Source: Candidatus Levyibacteriota bacterium
GTDB taxonomy: Bacteria; Patescibacteriota; Microgenomatia; Levybacterales; UBA12049
DNA length: 51,628 nt
Assembly: GCA_016186645.1 (NCBI GenBank)
Contig: JACPLF010000007.1
Location: 192,651-244,278 of the forward strand
Direction: 5' to 3'
Shown here: positions 1-9,029 of the stretch, piece by piece
How positions within the stretch are numbered: the stretch's first letter is position 1
How the letters are laid out: every line of letters begins with the position of its first letter
Notes under the pieces: generated by a model
The model's database searches: none
What the model was told of the DNA's origin: nothing
What the model saw: only the letters and a program-made list of their open reading frames with translations
Program-made: the position numbers and the translations under genes

Positions 1-794
1 TCCAAATTGTGCCTGCCCAAAAGTTTTATTTTTTTAGTATCAATAATTTTTTCTTTCTTACCATCGCTGCTTATCCAAACACAATCTTTGCCGACAAAAC
101 ATCCATTGACTACTTCTCTTTCGCGGCTAACTTGAAAAACTTTTCCCAATGTATGAATACCTGATTCATGGCTTGCCGGATAGTCTTTATTTATGATTGC
201 GAAATCTTGAGGAGTTTGAAATCTCAAAATATTTCTTTTTGCATTAACGTAATCTTCTAACGTCTTGTGATAATCCAAATGCTCCTGGGTTATCATCAGG
301 ATAACTGCAATATGGGGCCCACCCGCCGGCGAGGCAAAAGATTTTTTCAAATCATTAAGCTGGTATGATGACATTTCCAGAACAGTCCAAGAATGATCGT
401 TTAGCTTGTTTATAAAGTCCAAAGGTGATTGACCAATATTCCCTCCCAGATAAACATCTAGACCTTGAGCCTCTAACATTTCATAAATAAGCCTTGAGGT
501 AGTACTTTTTCCTTTTGTACCCGTAACTCCAATTACTTTTCCTTTTGCATTAGATAAAAAAATATTTGTTGCAGTTGTGTATGGAATTGCAATAAGTTCT
601 GGTTTTACTCCCGGAGATTTTACAGCAATATCATAATCTTTTTGTCTGTCTAAATAATTTTCCCCATCTTTTCTATCAACAGTGTCAATCACAGGGTTTG
701 GCAAATGTTTTTTAAGATACTTAAGCGTGGCATTTCCCTCGATTCCTTTCCCAACAATTAATATTTTTTTGTTTTTTAATTCTCCAAGTTTCAT
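1..794 (-). CDS. murD: UDP-MurNAc-L-Ala:glutamate ligase (MurD family, probably MurD2 type); 3' end runs off the window
   Basis: Manual translation from ATG at 794: MKLGELKNKKILIVGKGIEG...KSPGV...VIGVTGTKGKSTT (P-loop)...GGNIG...VLEMSSYQL...EHLDYH...LLGRHNLE. ATGA overlap with the stop of the upstream gene (791-794). Confidence 0.9.
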   Translation of the reverse strand, partial: MKLGELKNKKILIVGKGIEGNATLKYLKKHLPNPVIDTVDRKDGENYLDRQKDYDIAVKSPGVKPELIAIPYTTATNIFLSNAKGKVIGVTGTKGKSTTSRLIYEMLEAQGLDVYLGGNIGQSPLDFINKLNDHSWTVLEMSSYQLNDLKKSFASPAGGPHIAVILMITQEHLDYHKTLEDYVNAKRNILRFQTPQDFAIINKDYPASHESGIHTLGKVFQVSREREVVNGCFVGKDCVWISSDGKKEKIIDTKKIKLLGRHNL

Positions 795-2041
795 ATTGCT
801 TTATAAGAGCTGATGAGTTTAGTATTATTAAACTCCCCTCTTTTAATAATTTCCGATAATGCTTCTTTTACTTCTTCAGGCGTACCAACGCATTCAAATG
901 GCTTAAAATTTCTAACTCCTATTAATTCTTCAAAAAGAGGAAGTAAGCTTATTTCATCCAAAAGATTTTTTCCAAAAATAGCCAAAATCTTTTCTTTTGG
1001 CAAAAAAGCTGCAAGAGATATAAAAACAAAAAGACACTTTGCGCACTCCCCGCACCACTTACCCGACACCTTCGAGGAGTCCATTCGGCCACCTCGAAGG
1101 TGGGTCTTGTTTATCTTAAAATTGCTATTACATGATGAAAAAACTTTAAAATACTTTGGGTATTTTGCAAATTCTTTTGCAACTTCCAATTCATTCATGT
1201 TACGAAGGGGTGAAGAATAGGAAATATCCGGTGTTACAAACTTTTTAACATATTCTCTAAAAAGGTTTTCAAACTCCTCAGACTTGCTCCATTGGTGATT
1301 AATAGTTTGTCCTAAATATTCTACGTTCCCATAGTTTGCACTTTTCTCGTTCCCAACAGTAAAAGATTTATAATCATAAAGTGCTGCAGTCATCAAACCT
1401 AAAAAAGCATAAATAGCAGATATTGGAATGTGTCCATTATAAGTTTCTTTTTCTTTATTAAAATCAAACAGTTTAGGATCTAGCTCCCTTTTGATAACAA
1501 TTGGTTTTTTGCCAATAGCAAGAGCTACTTCCTCTTGAGTTTTCGATGTTCCAACTGTAAAAAGGTCAAAATCCTTGTTTTGTGCTTTCAAAATCTCTGC
1601 TGTTACAATAGAATCTTTTCCTCCGCCAAGACCCAAAAGAGCACGGGCTTTTCGAGGATATGAAATTGGATCTTGAGAATTTTTTATAAACGGAAATTGT
1701 ATTAAACCTCTAAAGTCAATCTTGTTTTTGTAGAAAAACTCTCCTAATCCCTTCGTATAGACAACATTCCAAAATTTAGCCTGCTGCCTGCTTAAAAAAT
1801 TATTTTCGATAATAATTTTCCGGGGACAATGCAACTTCCAATACGAAATTCCCAAAATAAGCATTAGATTATTAAAAATTGATTCAAGCAGAACCTCAGG
1901 AACTTTATTCACAACCCGCGGAAAAGAGATTTTCTCCGTAAAATCTATATTTCCCCCACTTCTAAAACCAAAGCGAAAAAGAACCTCGCCTTTTTCAAGG
2001 TTTGATTCATAACCATTAAATACAAATGATGGGCTTTTCAT
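791..2041 (-). CDS. murL: UDP-MurNAc-L-Ala-L-Glu epimerase (MurL family)
   Basis: PP-loop-like LGLGGGKDS plus YNGHIPISA, VGNEKSAN, NHQWSKS, FSSCN, WCGECAKC and KPFECVG, which I recognise as the MurL motif set; translationally coupled to murD. Confidence 0.75.
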   Translation of the reverse strand: MKSPSFVFNGYESNLEKGEVLFRFGFRSGGNIDFTEKISFPRVVNKVPEVLLESIFNNLMLILGISYWKLHCPRKIIIENNFLSRQQAKFWNVVYTKGLGEFFYKNKIDFRGLIQFPFIKNSQDPISYPRKARALLGLGGGKDSIVTAEILKAQNKDFDLFTVGTSKTQEEVALAIGKKPIVIKRELDPKLFDFNKEKETYNGHIPISAIYAFLGLMTAALYDYKSFTVGNEKSANYGNVEYLGQTINHQWSKSEEFENLFREYVKKFVTPDISYSSPLRNMNELEVAKEFAKYPKYFKVFSSCNSNFKINKTHLRGGRMDSSKVSGKWCGECAKCLFVFISLAAFLPKEKILAIFGKNLLDEISLLPLFEELIGVRNFKPFECVGTPEEVKEALSEIIKRGEFNNTKLISSYKAI

Positions 2042-2086
2042 GGGTATATTATATTCGATAAGAGGGGTTTTTACTAATTGAAAATA

Positions 2087-2275
2087 TTATTCTATCGCAT
2101 AGCTACCGAGGCGTCTAAGATGATCTTCTCCATAACGCTCCTCTCTCATTTTTCTAAGTATGCTCGTGCTATCTTCTCCTTTAGCAAGTTCCACACCATA
2201 CTTTTCTCTAAATGCAAGAATATCTTCTACTACTTTTTCTATTTTTGATTTGGGTCTTTTGAATATAATTTTCAT
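2087..2275 (-). CDS. Small hypothetical protein, possibly an orphan antitoxin-like protein
   Basis: 62-aa ATG ORF filling the gap between tRNA-Met and murL. The C-terminal DSTSILRKMREER resembles VapB-type antitoxin tails; no toxin is adjacent. Confidence 0.4.
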   Translation of the reverse strand: MKIIFKRPKSKIEKVVEDILAFREKYGVELAKGEDSTSILRKMREERYGEDHLRRLGSYAIE

Positions 2276-2300
2276 AAAAAATACTACACAATTCTTTTTG

Positions 2301-2372
2301 TACCAACGACAGGATTCGAACCTGTGATCGATCGCTTATGAAACGATTGCTCTACCGCTGAGCTACGTTGGC
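2301..2372 (-). tRNA. tRNA with CAT anticodon (elongator Met most likely)
   Basis: Cloverleaf: acceptor GCCAACG/CGTTGGT, D-arm GCTC..GAGC, anticodon stem ATCGT/GCGAT with loop TTCATAA, T-loop TTCGAAT, discriminator A. No encoded CCA. Confidence 0.9.
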
Positions 2373-2382
2373 GCGCCTCACT

Positions 2383-2421
2383 ATTCTAGCAGTTGATTTA
2401 AAAGAGGTCAAACATTATAAT
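2383..2421. promoter_or_regulatory. Overlapping divergent sigma70 promoters for the two CAT tRNAs
   Basis: + strand: TTGATT(2393-2398)-17 bp-TATAAT(2416-2421). - strand: TTGACC(2411-2406)-17 bp-TAGAAT(2388-2383). Confidence 0.65.
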
Positions 2422-2430
2422 ATTTAGACG

Positions 2431-2499
2431 CGCGGGGTAGTGTACAGTGCACGTGAGGCTCATAATCTCACAGGTCGGGCGCAACTCCCGACCCCGCAA
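2431..2499 (+). tRNA. Atypical initiator-like tRNA-fMet (CAT), 69 nt
   Basis: 5' CGCGGGG and 3' CCCCGCA-A with the C1:A72 mismatch typical of initiators; anticodon loop CTCATAA. The D-loop is only 5 nt (ACAGT) and the T-loop is CGCAACT. Confidence 0.75.
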
Positions 2500-2506
2500 C
2501 ACAGAA

Positions 2507-2839
2507 TTAGAAAAATAGATTCCACCACTGTTTCCAGTTCGGATCTTGGACTTTTTCTTTTTTCACCGCTTCCTCCGAATCTTTTGATATTAAAATCCTT
2601 TGCTCGCCTTTTTTAACCATTAAGAGTTTATCGCGAGCCTGCTTTTCTATAAATTCCCGTGTCTTTGAGTAAGATAAAGCGGACTTGAGCCTCTGACCCT
2701 CCTGTTTTTGGAAACTTAATTCCTTCTGGGCCTCTGTTACGAAGTCTTTTTTCTGCCAGATATCATAAATCGAGCGTATAAGATTATTAATAATAACCAG
2801 CAATATAGCCACAACCGTTACAAACAAAATTTTTTTCAT
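2507..2839 (-). CDS. Septum formation initiator family protein (FtsB/DivIC-like)
   Basis: N-terminal TM helix, coiled coil, then FIEKQARDKLLMVKKGE, matching the DivIC/FtsB pattern E..AR..L.M..PGE. Confidence 0.7.
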   Translation of the reverse strand: MKKILFVTVVAILLVIINNLIRSIYDIWQKKDFVTEAQKELSFQKQEGQRLKSALSYSKTREFIEKQARDKLLMVKKGEQRILISKDSEEAVKKEKVQDPNWKQWWNLFF

Positions 2840-2892
2840 TCTTGACTTATAGTTACTTTATTGATATTATAGGCTATCTAAAATTACAAATT

Positions 2893-3765
2893 ATGAAAAC
2901 TATCGACATCAAAGACGCGCATCGCGAGTTCAAGAAATATTTAAGCGAAAACAGACGTTCGAACTCTACCATTGTAGCATACGGAAAAGATATAGAGCAG
3001 CTCGTAAGTTTCTTAGAAGAGCTATCAAAAAACCATATTCATGAGGTTACAAGGGGAGATCTGGAGTCATTTTTGGCTAAAATGACCAAAAACGGCTATA
3101 CTCCAAAATCTATATCACGAAAGCTTAACTCAACCAGAACTTTTTATAGATTTTTAAAAGTAAATAAATATGTAACAGATGATCCTTCCCTTTTGGTTGC
3201 GCACCCAACATATCAATTGGCAGCTCCCCGTATTTTAACGCCTACAGAATATAGAGCATTGAGAGATGCTGCGAGGCCGGACTCAAGAATGTTTGCTATT
3301 ATCGAACTCTTACTTCAAACTGGAATCAGAATCGGTGAATTGGCTGCTTTGAAACTTTCTGATATTCAAAAAGAGGGGCTTAGAATTGCACCAATGGAAA
3401 AACACTTGGAGAGAATAGTTCCCCTTAACAAAAGAGCAAAAGAAGCATTGGATAAATATTTGGAAGTAAAACCCAATACGCCAACTAGCGAAAAATCAGG
3501 TCATTTATTTATCACCAAATCCGGAAAAGCTTTCTTAATAAGAAATATCAGAACTGCGGTTGAAAGATATTTTAGATTAGCTGAGATAAAAAATGCAAAA
3601 GTAAATGATCTTCGCCACACCTTTGTTGCGCATCATCTCAAACATGGAGTTTCTCTGGTTCTTATTTCAAAAGTTCTAGGACACAAAAGAATTTCAACAA
3701 CCGAAAGATATTTGGAATACGTTCCGGACCGCGCCCGCGAAAACGGCATCCTTACAGAACTCTAA
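2893..3765 (+). CDS. XerC/XerD-like tyrosine recombinase
   Basis: SAM-like N-domain (RSNSTIVAYGKDIEQ...SISRKLNSTRTFYRFL) and catalytic boxes LLLQTGIRIGEL, DLRHTF, LGHKRISTTERY. Start placed at ATG 2893 (ORF track starts at 2842). Confidence 0.9.
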   Translation: MKTIDIKDAHREFKKYLSENRRSNSTIVAYGKDIEQLVSFLEELSKNHIHEVTRGDLESFLAKMTKNGYTPKSISRKLNSTRTFYRFLKVNKYVTDDPSLLVAHPTYQLAAPRILTPTEYRALRDAARPDSRMFAIIELLLQTGIRIGELAALKLSDIQKEGLRIAPMEKHLERIVPLNKRAKEALDKYLEVKPNTPTSEKSGHLFITKSGKAFLIRNIRTAVERYFRLAEIKNAKVNDLRHTFVAHHLKHGVSLVLISKVLGHKRISTTERYLEYVPDRARENGILTEL

Positions 3766-3829
3766 GACTAGAAATAACCTATTTTTCTTTGATCCTTTCT
3801 TAACCTGTGATATACTTTAATCTGAATTT

Positions 3830-3902
3830 GGGCTCGTAGTTCACCGGTTAGAACGCGACTCTTATAAAGTCGATGCAGATGGTTCGATTCCATCCGAGCC
3901 CA
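3830..3902 (+). tRNA. tRNA-Ile with TAT (UAU) anticodon
   Basis: Perfect cloverleaf: GGGCTCG/CGAGCCC, D-stem GTTC/GAAC, anticodon stem CGACT/AGTCG with loop CTTATAA, T-arm GATGG-TTCGATT-CCATC, discriminator A. Confidence 0.9.
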
Positions 3903-3907
3903 CTCCA

Positions 3908-6271
3908 TTAGAGTCTGGCGCGTTGGGAAATCACTGCTTCGACTGCTGCCGCATCTTTGCCATATTTAAGTCTGGACAACTCGCGGACCAACTCTGCCAC
4001 TCGCGGATTGGCAAGAGCTTTTTCTTTGTTCAGATCCCTCGTCAAATCCATGGAAAACGGCGTGACCGGCTCTCCGCCAACTATTGTCTTAACATAAGTA
4101 TTGTATCTTTCAACATTTATCAAATCTGCTTCTTGAAAAACCGGCTGGAATTCATGCTGGAGATAGTTTGCATCTGTTACTCCAACTCTAAAGGATATTA
4201 ATGAGCCAACATTACCAAAAATAGCGTTTTTAACTTCCTCTTCCATTTGACCGATAAACTGGTTGGCAACAATTAAATTTAATTTATATTTTCTGGCTTC
4301 TGACAAAATTTGCGCAAAATCAGGTGTTGCAAAATTCTGAAACTCATCAACATAAAGGAAAAAATCACGTCTTTGATCTTTTGGTATGTCCTGCCTGCTC
4401 ATTGAGGCAACCAGAATTTTTGGAACCAGAATTAAACCCAAGAATTGTGAATTCTCTTCTCCTATTTTTCCTTTTGCAAGATTAATAAGAAGAATTTTCC
4501 CCTCATCCATAACTTTTCGGAAGTTGAAAGCACTGTCTGATTGCCCGATAATATTTCTGATCATTTTGTTGGTGACAAATCTTCCGAATTTTGAAACTAT
4601 ATAATCCAAAACTTCTGATTTGTGAAAGTCTGATGTTTGGGCAATCTGATCTGTCCAATATCTTTTGATAATTGGGTCTGCAACTTTTGGCAAAAGTTCC
4701 TGCACGTAATGTGCGTCAGTTAAAACACGGACAACTTCAACAAAAGTTGCTCCTTTTTCATACATAACTGTTAACATTGCATTACGAATTGCGTGTTCAA
4801 ACCGAGGACCGATAATACCTGTTTTGTTCGGATCGAAAAGTTTATACATAAGCCCGATAATCGATGAAACAACATAATGTTTCTGTTCTTCTGTTTGGGC
4901 TTCCAGCATATTAAATCCCATAGGTCTTGTTGTATCTGATGGATCAAAAAGAATAACATCCTCTGCTCTTTTTGGCGGAATGAGAGGCAAGATATCATCA
5001 ATCAGATCTCCATGAGGATCAATTACTGCCAATCCCTGTCCTCCTCTAATATCCTGCATGATCATGTCTTTTAGGAATTCAGATTTCCCGGTACCGGTTT
5101 TTCCGATAATATACATGTGTCTTCTTCTGTCATCTATGTCCATATAGACAGGTTTCGCCAATCCTCTGTAGGTGCTTTTCCCCAAGTACAAACCTGAAGT
5201 CGGAGTAGAGGCTGGAGCAGGAGCTCTTTTCGCATTCATCCAGAAAATATTTGGAGTTGTAATAGATTTATTTGGGAAATGGAAAATTGTTGCCAGCTCT
5301 TCACTTGTTAAAACAGATTGGCGTCCTATCATTGGCAGGTATCTATAAATAAAATCATTCATAAACATTCCTTTAAATCTGTGCTTTTCTTTTTTGAATG
5401 AATTTATTGCTTCAAACTGACTAAATACACTCATAATGTTGCCTAAATGGGCTTCTGCTGACTCTTTGGATGTTGAAGAGACAACAATTCGTATCACCGT
5501 ATTAAACCCGGGTTTTCCAATTTTACTCTCAATCCCCTCCAATTCCTTAGCATCTGCAGAGTATTTTGCCGTCTCGGGATTTGACTCTAGCTTTTTTGTT
5601 TTGGCAAGATAGGCTCTTCCATGCTTTTTCCAGGGGGAATCAGCTGGAGTAATTAAAATTTGAATGGCAGCACCTTCTCCTTCTGTCATTTTTGCCAAAA
5701 CTGATGTTATTGAAGAAAGAGGATCGGTTGGTAAATCTTTATATACTTTTATTGGCTTATAATTTTCGGATTTAAGCTTTAAAGATGTAAAAGCAACCTT
5801 TCCATCGCGCGAGAAAATATTGTACTCATTTCCTATTATCATGCCATCTCTTTTAACGCTATCTATATTCACCTCTTCTATCTCCGCGTCAGGATATGCT
5901 CCATTAATTTGTTTTTCAACAAGATCTCTTAATTTTAGGGGTGTGTGAACATAAAAACGGATGTCTCCGGGCATTCCAACTATTTCAAAAGATAAATGCG
6001 GGGGAAGCTTAAACATTCCTCCTTTGCCAATTGCTGAAAGAGAAGAAAACAATTGTTCTGCAGTATCTATTTTTATTTCATTATCCCGAGGAAGAGCAAC
6101 TTGAAGAAGCACTGATTCAAGGGATACTTTTTCTCTTCCTCTGTTTTTGTACCAAACTAATAAAAGTTTACCTAAATAATACAATCCAGCACCCAAAATA
6201 ATTAGGATAAGAACAGTCAATACGAAATTTGTCAGGTATGATGTAGCAGCCTCAATTGAAAAGTTCTGCAT
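3908..6271 (-). CDS. VirD4/TraG/TrwB-like coupling ATPase (HerA/FtsK superfamily)
   Basis: N-terminal TM helix, Walker A GKTGTGKS, IDPHGD, Walker B FFLYVDEFQNF, SEARKY, ANQFIGQ. Confidence 0.8.
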   Translation of the reverse strand: MQNFSIEAATSYLTNFVLTVLILIILGAGLYYLGKLLLVWYKNRGREKVSLESVLLQVALPRDNEIKIDTAEQLFSSLSAIGKGGMFKLPPHLSFEIVGMPGDIRFYVHTPLKLRDLVEKQINGAYPDAEIEEVNIDSVKRDGMIIGNEYNIFSRDGKVAFTSLKLKSENYKPIKVYKDLPTDPLSSITSVLAKMTEGEGAAIQILITPADSPWKKHGRAYLAKTKKLESNPETAKYSADAKELEGIESKIGKPGFNTVIRIVVSSTSKESAEAHLGNIMSVFSQFEAINSFKKEKHRFKGMFMNDFIYRYLPMIGRQSVLTSEELATIFHFPNKSITTPNIFWMNAKRAPAPASTPTSGLYLGKSTYRGLAKPVYMDIDDRRRHMYIIGKTGTGKSEFLKDMIMQDIRGGQGLAVIDPHGDLIDDILPLIPPKRAEDVILFDPSDTTRPMGFNMLEAQTEEQKHYVVSSIIGLMYKLFDPNKTGIIGPRFEHAIRNAMLTVMYEKGATFVEVVRVLTDAHYVQELLPKVADPIIKRYWTDQIAQTSDFHKSEVLDYIVSKFGRFVTNKMIRNIIGQSDSAFNFRKVMDEGKILLINLAKGKIGEENSQFLGLILVPKILVASMSRQDIPKDQRRDFFLYVDEFQNFATPDFAQILSEARKYKLNLIVANQFIGQMEEEVKNAIFGNVGSLISFRVGVTDANYLQHEFQPVFQEADLINVERYNTYVKTIVGGEPVTPFSMDLTRDLNKEKALANPRVAELVRELSRLKYGKDAAAVEAVISQRARL

Positions 6272-6275
6272 AAAT

Positions 6276-6665
6276 TTAAATCCCCATTAATTTCATTACT
6301 TTTCGTACTTTTTCTGTCAGTTCATCAAGCCATGTACCTGAATTGCTGATGTCTCCCTTTTGAGAGATTTGAACCAAACCCGTTGGACCCTTTGGAACCG
6401 GAACTGTTGCTCCAGAATGTCTCAATCCTATTTGTCTGTCTTGAGGCGCTAAATTAGGAGCTTCTTTTGTTACCACAACTCCCATATCCCTCTGCTCTTG
6501 GTCGACATTAGGTTCAGCTTCTGGCTTTATAAATTCAGACAAGTTCGGCTCAAAGGCAACCGGGGGAGCTTGTTCTTTGTTTAAAGACCCCATCTGAGGC
6601 TTAACTTGACTGCCAGAAACAGGAGCAGAAGTAAGATTCCGATCTAAAACTACATCACCATTCAT
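6276..6665 (-). CDS. Hypothetical protein, Pro/Gln-rich
   Basis: 129-aa ATG ORF ending 4 bp upstream of the VirD4-like gene on the same strand; likely co-transcribed. Confidence 0.6.
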   Translation of the reverse strand: MNGDVVLDRNLTSAPVSGSQVKPQMGSLNKEQAPPVAFEPNLSEFIKPEAEPNVDQEQRDMGVVVTKEAPNLAPQDRQIGLRHSGATVPVPKGPTGLVQISQKGDISNSGTWLDELTEKVRKVMKLMGI

Positions 6666-6755
6666 ACACAGTGCCCCGAGGGGTACACTTATGATACCAC
6701 AAAATAAATGTTACTATATATAATATGTTAGGGTTAATATCTTTGCTGAAGGCTT

Positions 6756-7409
6756 TTACTTTTTTACGTCCGGCAAAATGGTTTGCAGAGCTTTCCCCAC
6801 TATTTCATTTAATGTATCCATCGCTTCCCTATCAAGGTGGCGCATATTACCATCCGCCCCAACCGGTTCAAAAGTAGTCCGACTTATCCTGTACATTCCC
6901 ATTCTTTTTAGATCACCAACAATTAAAAAGGTGGGAACAAGAAATCCACCTTCAAATGCACTCTCTGGGGAATTTATAGTTATTTCATTTATCTTACCGT
7001 CGTTATCAAATCCAATAATATCTCCATTTATAGAAAATGACTTACACATCCATTTTCCTTTTACTTTCTTCGTCTGAATTCTAACCTCTCTTATTCCGCT
7101 TTCGGTATAAATCTCGAAAGAGTATGAACCTACTAAGGAAGACTTTTTTACTTCAGAAGGCAATTTAGAAGTAGCAAAATCTTCAGCCTGCCGGTGCAGA
7201 TACTCTTCATAAGGCTCCAGCGTACTGCGGATATCTTCAAAAACTTTAATTTGTTGCGGCGAGGCCTCTTCAGTCCTTTTAGTGCCGCGTTCCTCTTTGA
7301 CAACTCTGCTGAGTAGACTCTTGTCTCCTGATAAAATTCTACGCAAATCTTCAGTCGTTCTTCTATTCCAAAATTTTCCCCCCGTGTCTTTTTCTTTACG
7401 TGAACTCAT
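6756..7409 (-). CDS. Hypothetical protein
   Basis: Long ORF with normal amino-acid composition; start placed at ATG 7409 (MSSRKEK). No family recognised. Confidence 0.55.
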   Translation of the reverse strand: MSSRKEKDTGGKFWNRRTTEDLRRILSGDKSLLSRVVKEERGTKRTEEASPQQIKVFEDIRSTLEPYEEYLHRQAEDFATSKLPSEVKKSSLVGSYSFEIYTESGIREVRIQTKKVKGKWMCKSFSINGDIIGFDNDGKINEITINSPESAFEGGFLVPTFLIVGDLKRMGMYRISRTTFEPVGADGNMRHLDREAMDTLNEIVGKALQTILPDVKK

Positions 7410-7475
7410 ATCTGTAATAAAGTAAATTATAACAAAAACCCATATTAGATTCAAACAAAATGTTATTATTTATCT

Positions 7476-9029
7476 ATGTTGGCGAAAGTTAATTCTTCTG
7501 CAGTGGTTGGGTTAGATGCGGTTCCGGTTGAGGTTGAAGTGGATATTTCCCAAAGAGGCCTTCCATCCTTTACAATTGTCGGATTGCCTGACAAGGCAGT
7601 CCAAGAAGCAAGAGAGCGTGTCAGGTCAGCGATTCTCAACTCCAAGGCAAAATTTCCGGATCATCGCATTACGGTAAACCTAGCTCCTGCAGATTTACCC
7701 AAAGAAGGACCATCCTATGATCTTCCCATTGCATTGGGAATCTTAATAGCAGATGAACAAATAGAAGCAGACATTACAGATAGCATATTTATGGGAGAGC
7801 TATCTTTGGATGGACGATTAAGACATACCAATGGAGTTTTGCCTCAAGCTCTTCTTACAAAAGAAAAAAAATTAAAAAGAATATTTTTGCCATCAAGTAA
7901 TGCAAAAGAAGCAACAATCTTAAAAGGAATCAAAATTTATCCAGTCTCAACACTTCTTGAACTTTTTCACCATCTAAAAGGCAACAAATTAATAGATCCT
8001 CAAAAACACGTGAATTTAAAAGACCATTTCGCTCAGGAGGAATTTGAACTCGACATGAGTGAAATAAGAGGACAAGAAGGTGCCAAAAGAGCTTTGGAAA
8101 TTGCAGCAGCTGGAAATCATAACATCTTACTAAAAGGTCCGCCTGGAGCTGGTAAAACGCTTTTAGCTAGAACTCTTCCGTCAATTCTGCCAAATCTTAC
8201 CTTCAATGAAGTTTTGGAAGTAACCAAAATTTACAGCATATCCTGACTTTTGGACAAAAGAGCGCTAATTGTTACAAGACCATTTAGATCGCCTCATCAT
8301 ACAACATCTCATATAGGGCTAATCGGCGGAGGAACTGCTCCTCGACCTGGAGAAATTTCACTTGCTCATCGCGGGGTGCTTTTTTTGGACGAATTTCCGG
8401 AATTTCCCCGCCATGTCCTTGAAGCGCTAAGACAACCAGTCGAAGATGGAATAATTACTATTTCTCGCTCTGCCGGACGGGTAAATTTTCCTGCAAAATT
8501 TATGTTGGTTGCCGCACAAAATCCTTGTCCCTGTGGATTTTTTGGAAATCCTACGAAAAACTGCAAATGCAGTCTTAATCAAATAATCCGCTACCAAAGG
8601 CGGATTTCAGGACCAATGCTTGATAGAATTGACATTCATTTGGATGTTCCAGCTGTAAAAGTGGAGAAATTGACTTATCAAAGTCATCCTGAGTCCCCCT
8701 TGGGGGATCTTCGTCCCGTCGAAGGATCCCATCAAATCAGAAAGCGCGTGCAAAAAGCCCGAGATATTCAGACAAAAAGATTTAAAAATTCCAAAATTAC
8801 ATCCAACTCCGAAATGGGAAATAAAGAAATAAAAGAATTCTGTGTATTGGATGACAATTCTGTAAAACTTTTACAACTTGCTGTTGTAAAAATGAATTTA
8901 TCTGCAAGGTCATATAATAGAACTATAAAACTAGCCCGAACTATTGCGGATTTGGAAGGACAGAATAAGATAAACTCAACTCATATTGCCCAAGCTCTTC
9001 AATATAGACCCCGAACTGATAATTTATGA
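7476..9029 (+). pseudogene. comM: ComM/YifB (Mg-chelatase-related AAA+) gene interrupted by one in-frame TGA at 8244-8246
   Basis: Both ORFs share one frame. Motifs: GLPDKAVQEARERV, NLAPADLPKEG, GPPGAGKT, RPFRSPHHT, LAHRGVLFLDE, NPCPCG, LDRID, SARSY. The junction reads IYSIS-TGA-LLD where the family has Gly. Confidence 0.85.

Noticed and set aside
813-1220. 135-aa ORF antisense to murL, and similar nested ORFs throughout the track
   Set aside because: They lie fully opposite well-supported genes and show no recognisable motifs.
2893-3902. Integrase plus tRNA as a genomic island boundary
   Set aside because: No duplicated tRNA 3' end was found, the recombinase looks Xer-like, and the flanking genes are typical chromosomal genes of this lineage.
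8244-8246. TGA-to-Gly recoding (genetic code 25, as in Gracilibacteria/Absconditabacteria)
   Set aside because: TGA acts as a stop elsewhere, with ATGA coupling at 791-794, 9026-9029, 18162-18165, 22614-22617 and 43596-43599; no other gene shows in-frame TGA.
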